DNA of 64,000 nucleotides from an uncultured Arcobacter sp. (lineage in GTDB: Bacteria > Campylobacterota > Campylobacteria > Campylobacterales > Arcobacteraceae). Under the pieces are notes generated by a model, which worked only from the letters and a program-made list of their open reading frames with translations, was not told the origin of the DNA and made no database searches. Within the stretch, counting starts at the first letter, position 1. Each line of letters opens with the position of its first letter. The DNA lies in contig OZ223301.1 in the NCBI GenBank assembly GCA_965140705.1, positions 256,001 through 320,000 on the forward strand, written 5' to 3'. Below, one piece after another: positions 61,680-64,000 of the stretch. The translations under genes were made by a program, and so were the position numbers.

Positions 61680-62389
61680 TGGAGTTTTTAAAAGAAGAGC
61701 CTCCTGTAAATATTGGAGCAGATATTTCAATAAAATCATTCGAGATGATAAAAAAAGAACTTCAAGATTATGAAAAAGCAAAAGAGTTTGATGAAAATCA
61801 AATGGAAGTTATAAGTAGACTTATTCATACAACTACTTGTTTTGAGGAAGTTTTAGAAAATATCTTTTTTACAAAAGATGCAATTCCTAGAATACAAGAA
61901 CTACTTAAAAAACAAGCAAAAATAATAGTTGATGTAAATATGATAAAAGTAGGACTTAGTGATTTTTATTTAAAACAATACTCCAACGAAGTGATTTGTT
62001 ATATAAAAGAGCCCTTTACTTATGAAAGGGCAGAAAAAAATAAGACAACAAGAAGTTATGCAGCAGTAGTAGAAGCAATAAAAAGACACAAAAATGAGCC
62101 TATGATTCTTGCTTGTGGGAATGCTCCTACTTTTATATATGCAGCTATAAATACACTTCTTGATGAAAATGTTGATCTTAAAAATGTGGCATTTTTACTT
62201 TTTCCTGTTGGTTTTGTGAATGTTGTAGAGTCAAAAAAATATGGGAAAAGATTTTGTGAACATTTTGATGTGCCAGCTGTTATTATGGAAGGTAGATTTG
62301 GAAGTTCAACTATGACAGTTGCAACCTTACATGCTACATATAAATTAATCAAAGATTTTGATGGAAAAGATAAATACAATGGAAAATAA
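61679..62389 (+). CDS. cbiC: Precorrin-8X methylmutase
   Basis: SFEMI, RLIHT, TRS, GNAPT and PVGFVNVVESK motifs. Confidence 0.9.
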   Translation: MEFLKEEPPVNIGADISIKSFEMIKKELQDYEKAKEFDENQMEVISRLIHTTTCFEEVLENIFFTKDAIPRIQELLKKQAKIIVDVNMIKVGLSDFYLKQYSNEVICYIKEPFTYERAEKNKTTRSYAAVVEAIKRHKNEPMILACGNAPTFIYAAINTLLDENVDLKNVAFLLFPVGFVNVVESKKYGKRFCEHFDVPAVIMEGRFGSSTMTVATLHATYKLIKDFDGKDKYNGK

Positions 62390-62828
62390 AATTTATAATA
62401 ACATGGGAAGTGAAGTAGCTGTCGGCTTTATTTGTAAGCCCAAAAAACTAGATCAAAATAAACCAATAATGCATTTTAAAACGCAGCTTTTTATTTGTGA
62501 TGGAGAGAGATGTTCAAAAACACAAAAAGGTAATGACCTAGCAGGAAAACTAAGAGATATTATAAAGGAGTTAGGGCTTCATAAAGGTAAGAATCGTATA
62601 AAAATATCTAGAACTAACTGTTTTGGAGCTTGTAGATTTAGACAAGTTGCAGTTACTTTTGAAAATACTAAAGTAAATGGAAATTTGGTCAATAATAATA
62701 TTTGGTTAAAAAATATTCATAAATATGATGAATCAAAATGGAAAGAGTTATTTTTAGCTTTAAGTACAAATAAAGAGCTTAGGGAAGATTTATATGCTCA
62801 AGTTCCTATGAGTGAAATAGATGAGTAA
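62379..62828 (+). CDS. Thioredoxin-like [2Fe-2S] ferredoxin (CbiW-like)
   Basis: FICDGERC and RTNCFGAC motifs, within the cbi operon. Confidence 0.78.
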   Translation: MENKIYNNMGSEVAVGFICKPKKLDQNKPIMHFKTQLFICDGERCSKTQKGNDLAGKLRDIIKELGLHKGKNRIKISRTNCFGACRFRQVAVTFENTKVNGNLVNNNIWLKNIHKYDESKWKELFLALSTNKELREDLYAQVPMSEIDE

Positions 62829-63850
62829 TGGGTGAAAAAGAATTAAGAAAAGGCTTAACAACTGGTGCTCATGCATTTTTACTTTTTTGTTCAGCCTTAA
62901 CTGATTTTTTTGAAAGAAAAAAACTAGCTATTTGTAAAATAAATAAGATGGATAATGATGACCTTGATGTGACAAAGGGGTGTGAAATAGTGGTATGCAT
63001 TAGTGATAATTTGCATGAATTAAACTTGAACAATATCACCCACAACCCTTCAGTTTTTTTAGTGAATTCAAACAAATTATCTATTTATGCGGGAGAAGGT
63101 GTTGGTGTTGTTACAAAAAAAGGTCTAAAGATAGAGCCTTCTTTCCCAGCAATTAATCCAGTCCCAAGAGATGCCATTTTTAAAGCCTTTGAAGAGTTAA
63201 GTTCAAAATATCAGAATTTAGACTTAAAGTGCACAATTTCTGTGACAGATGGTGAAGAGATATCAAAAAGAACTGCTAACTCAAAAGTTGGAGTCCTAGG
63301 TGGTATTTCAATTTTAGGAACAAAAGGAATTGTAAAACCAGTTTCTAGTTCTGCTTATATTGATTCAGTAAAAACTGAAATAGAGTTTGCCATAAAAAAT
63401 GGTTATGAGACTTTGTATTTTACTTTGGGTAATTCAGCCTTAGAAGTAGCAAAAAAATACTCAAATGAAGAAGCTATTATAGAAATAGGAAATTTTGTAT
63501 TTGATTCTATTGAAATAGCAGTAAAAGAAGGTGCAAAAGAGGTCATCTTTTTATGTGGAATTGGAAAGATGACAAAGGTTTATCAAGGTTTTAAAAATAC
63601 ACATAATCGTTTTGGGGTGATAGATTTTGAACTACTTCAAAAAGATATAGAAGAAGAACTAGGCTTTAAAGTGGATATTCAATCAACTTTGACAGTAAAA
63701 GGAATCTCCCAAGAGCTAGAAAAGTATGGGCTCTTAGTAGAGTTTTATAAAATGATAACAAAAAAAGCAAATGAACAAATAAAGCTTTGGCATAAAGATT
63801 CAAATGTAAAAGCCATAATATTAGAACAAAAGGATGTCTTAGGATGGTAA
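62828..63850 (+). CDS. cbiD: Cobalt-precorrin-5B C1-methyltransferase
   Basis: LRKGLTTG, GVGVVTKKGL, AINPVP, GISILGT and NTH motifs. Confidence 0.92.
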   Translation: MGEKELRKGLTTGAHAFLLFCSALTDFFERKKLAICKINKMDNDDLDVTKGCEIVVCISDNLHELNLNNITHNPSVFLVNSNKLSIYAGEGVGVVTKKGLKIEPSFPAINPVPRDAIFKAFEELSSKYQNLDLKCTISVTDGEEISKRTANSKVGVLGGISILGTKGIVKPVSSSAYIDSVKTEIEFAIKNGYETLYFTLGNSALEVAKKYSNEEAIIEIGNFVFDSIEIAVKEGAKEVIFLCGIGKMTKVYQGFKNTHNRFGVIDFELLQKDIEEELGFKVDIQSTLTVKGISQELEKYGLLVEFYKMITKKANEQIKLWHKDSNVKAIILEQKDVLGW

Positions 63851-64000
63851 CAATTATTGGTAATGGAATGGGTGAATATGATTTTTCTAATCTCAATATT
63901 GACACAACAAAATATGACAAAATATTATGTGATGTAAACTTTAAAGAAGAACAAAACAATATTCTAAAACTAAAATTCAAAGAGATAAAAAAGTATATAC
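63844..64000 (+). CDS. 5' end of a probable CbiE/CbiET methyltransferase, truncated at the window end
   Basis: ATG at 63844, MVTIIGNGMGEYD..., open to the end of the window; follows cbiD. Confidence 0.6.
   Translation, partial: MVTIIGNGMGEYDFSNLNIDTTKYDKILCDVNFKEEQNNILKLKFKEIKKYI

Overview
Very AT-rich chromosomal segment of a Campylobacterota bacterium, most likely Arcobacteraceae (inferred from gene content and the ferredoxin-ppx-waaC-acyltransferase synteny). From left to right: a divergent two-component system beside a TRAP transporter with two dctP paralogs; gltBD; a ferredoxin-ppx-LOS/LPS core cluster (six GT9, three GT4, a GT2, an AsnB-like amidotransferase, a CstII-like GT42 and a WaaL-like ligase); core genes (rpmB, K+ channel, argJ, gyrA, asd, hemE, radical SAM); and two identical tRNA-Asn genes. 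After the tRNAs the region looks accessory: a ~140-bp imperfect palindrome, a stand-alone SIR2-domain gene (probable anti-phage NADase), a second structured repeat, a decayed Crp/Fnr gene, two lipoproteins, an Mrr-like protein, EamA, selO, GlnRS-YqeY, cfa, an Ada-like gene, an MCP, an unannotated 33-aa basic protein, a TudS-like desulfidase with an ABC binding protein and permease, and the start of an anaerobic cobalamin (cbi) operon. That operon is preceded by an unannotated 56-codon leader ORF instead of a recognisable B12 riboswitch. Best candidates for new biology: the hairpin-flanked lone SIR2 cassette at tRNA-Asn, the cbi leader peptide, the TudS-like/ABC operon, and the GT42/AsnB LOS module. 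All protein calls come from motif recognition, not database searches.
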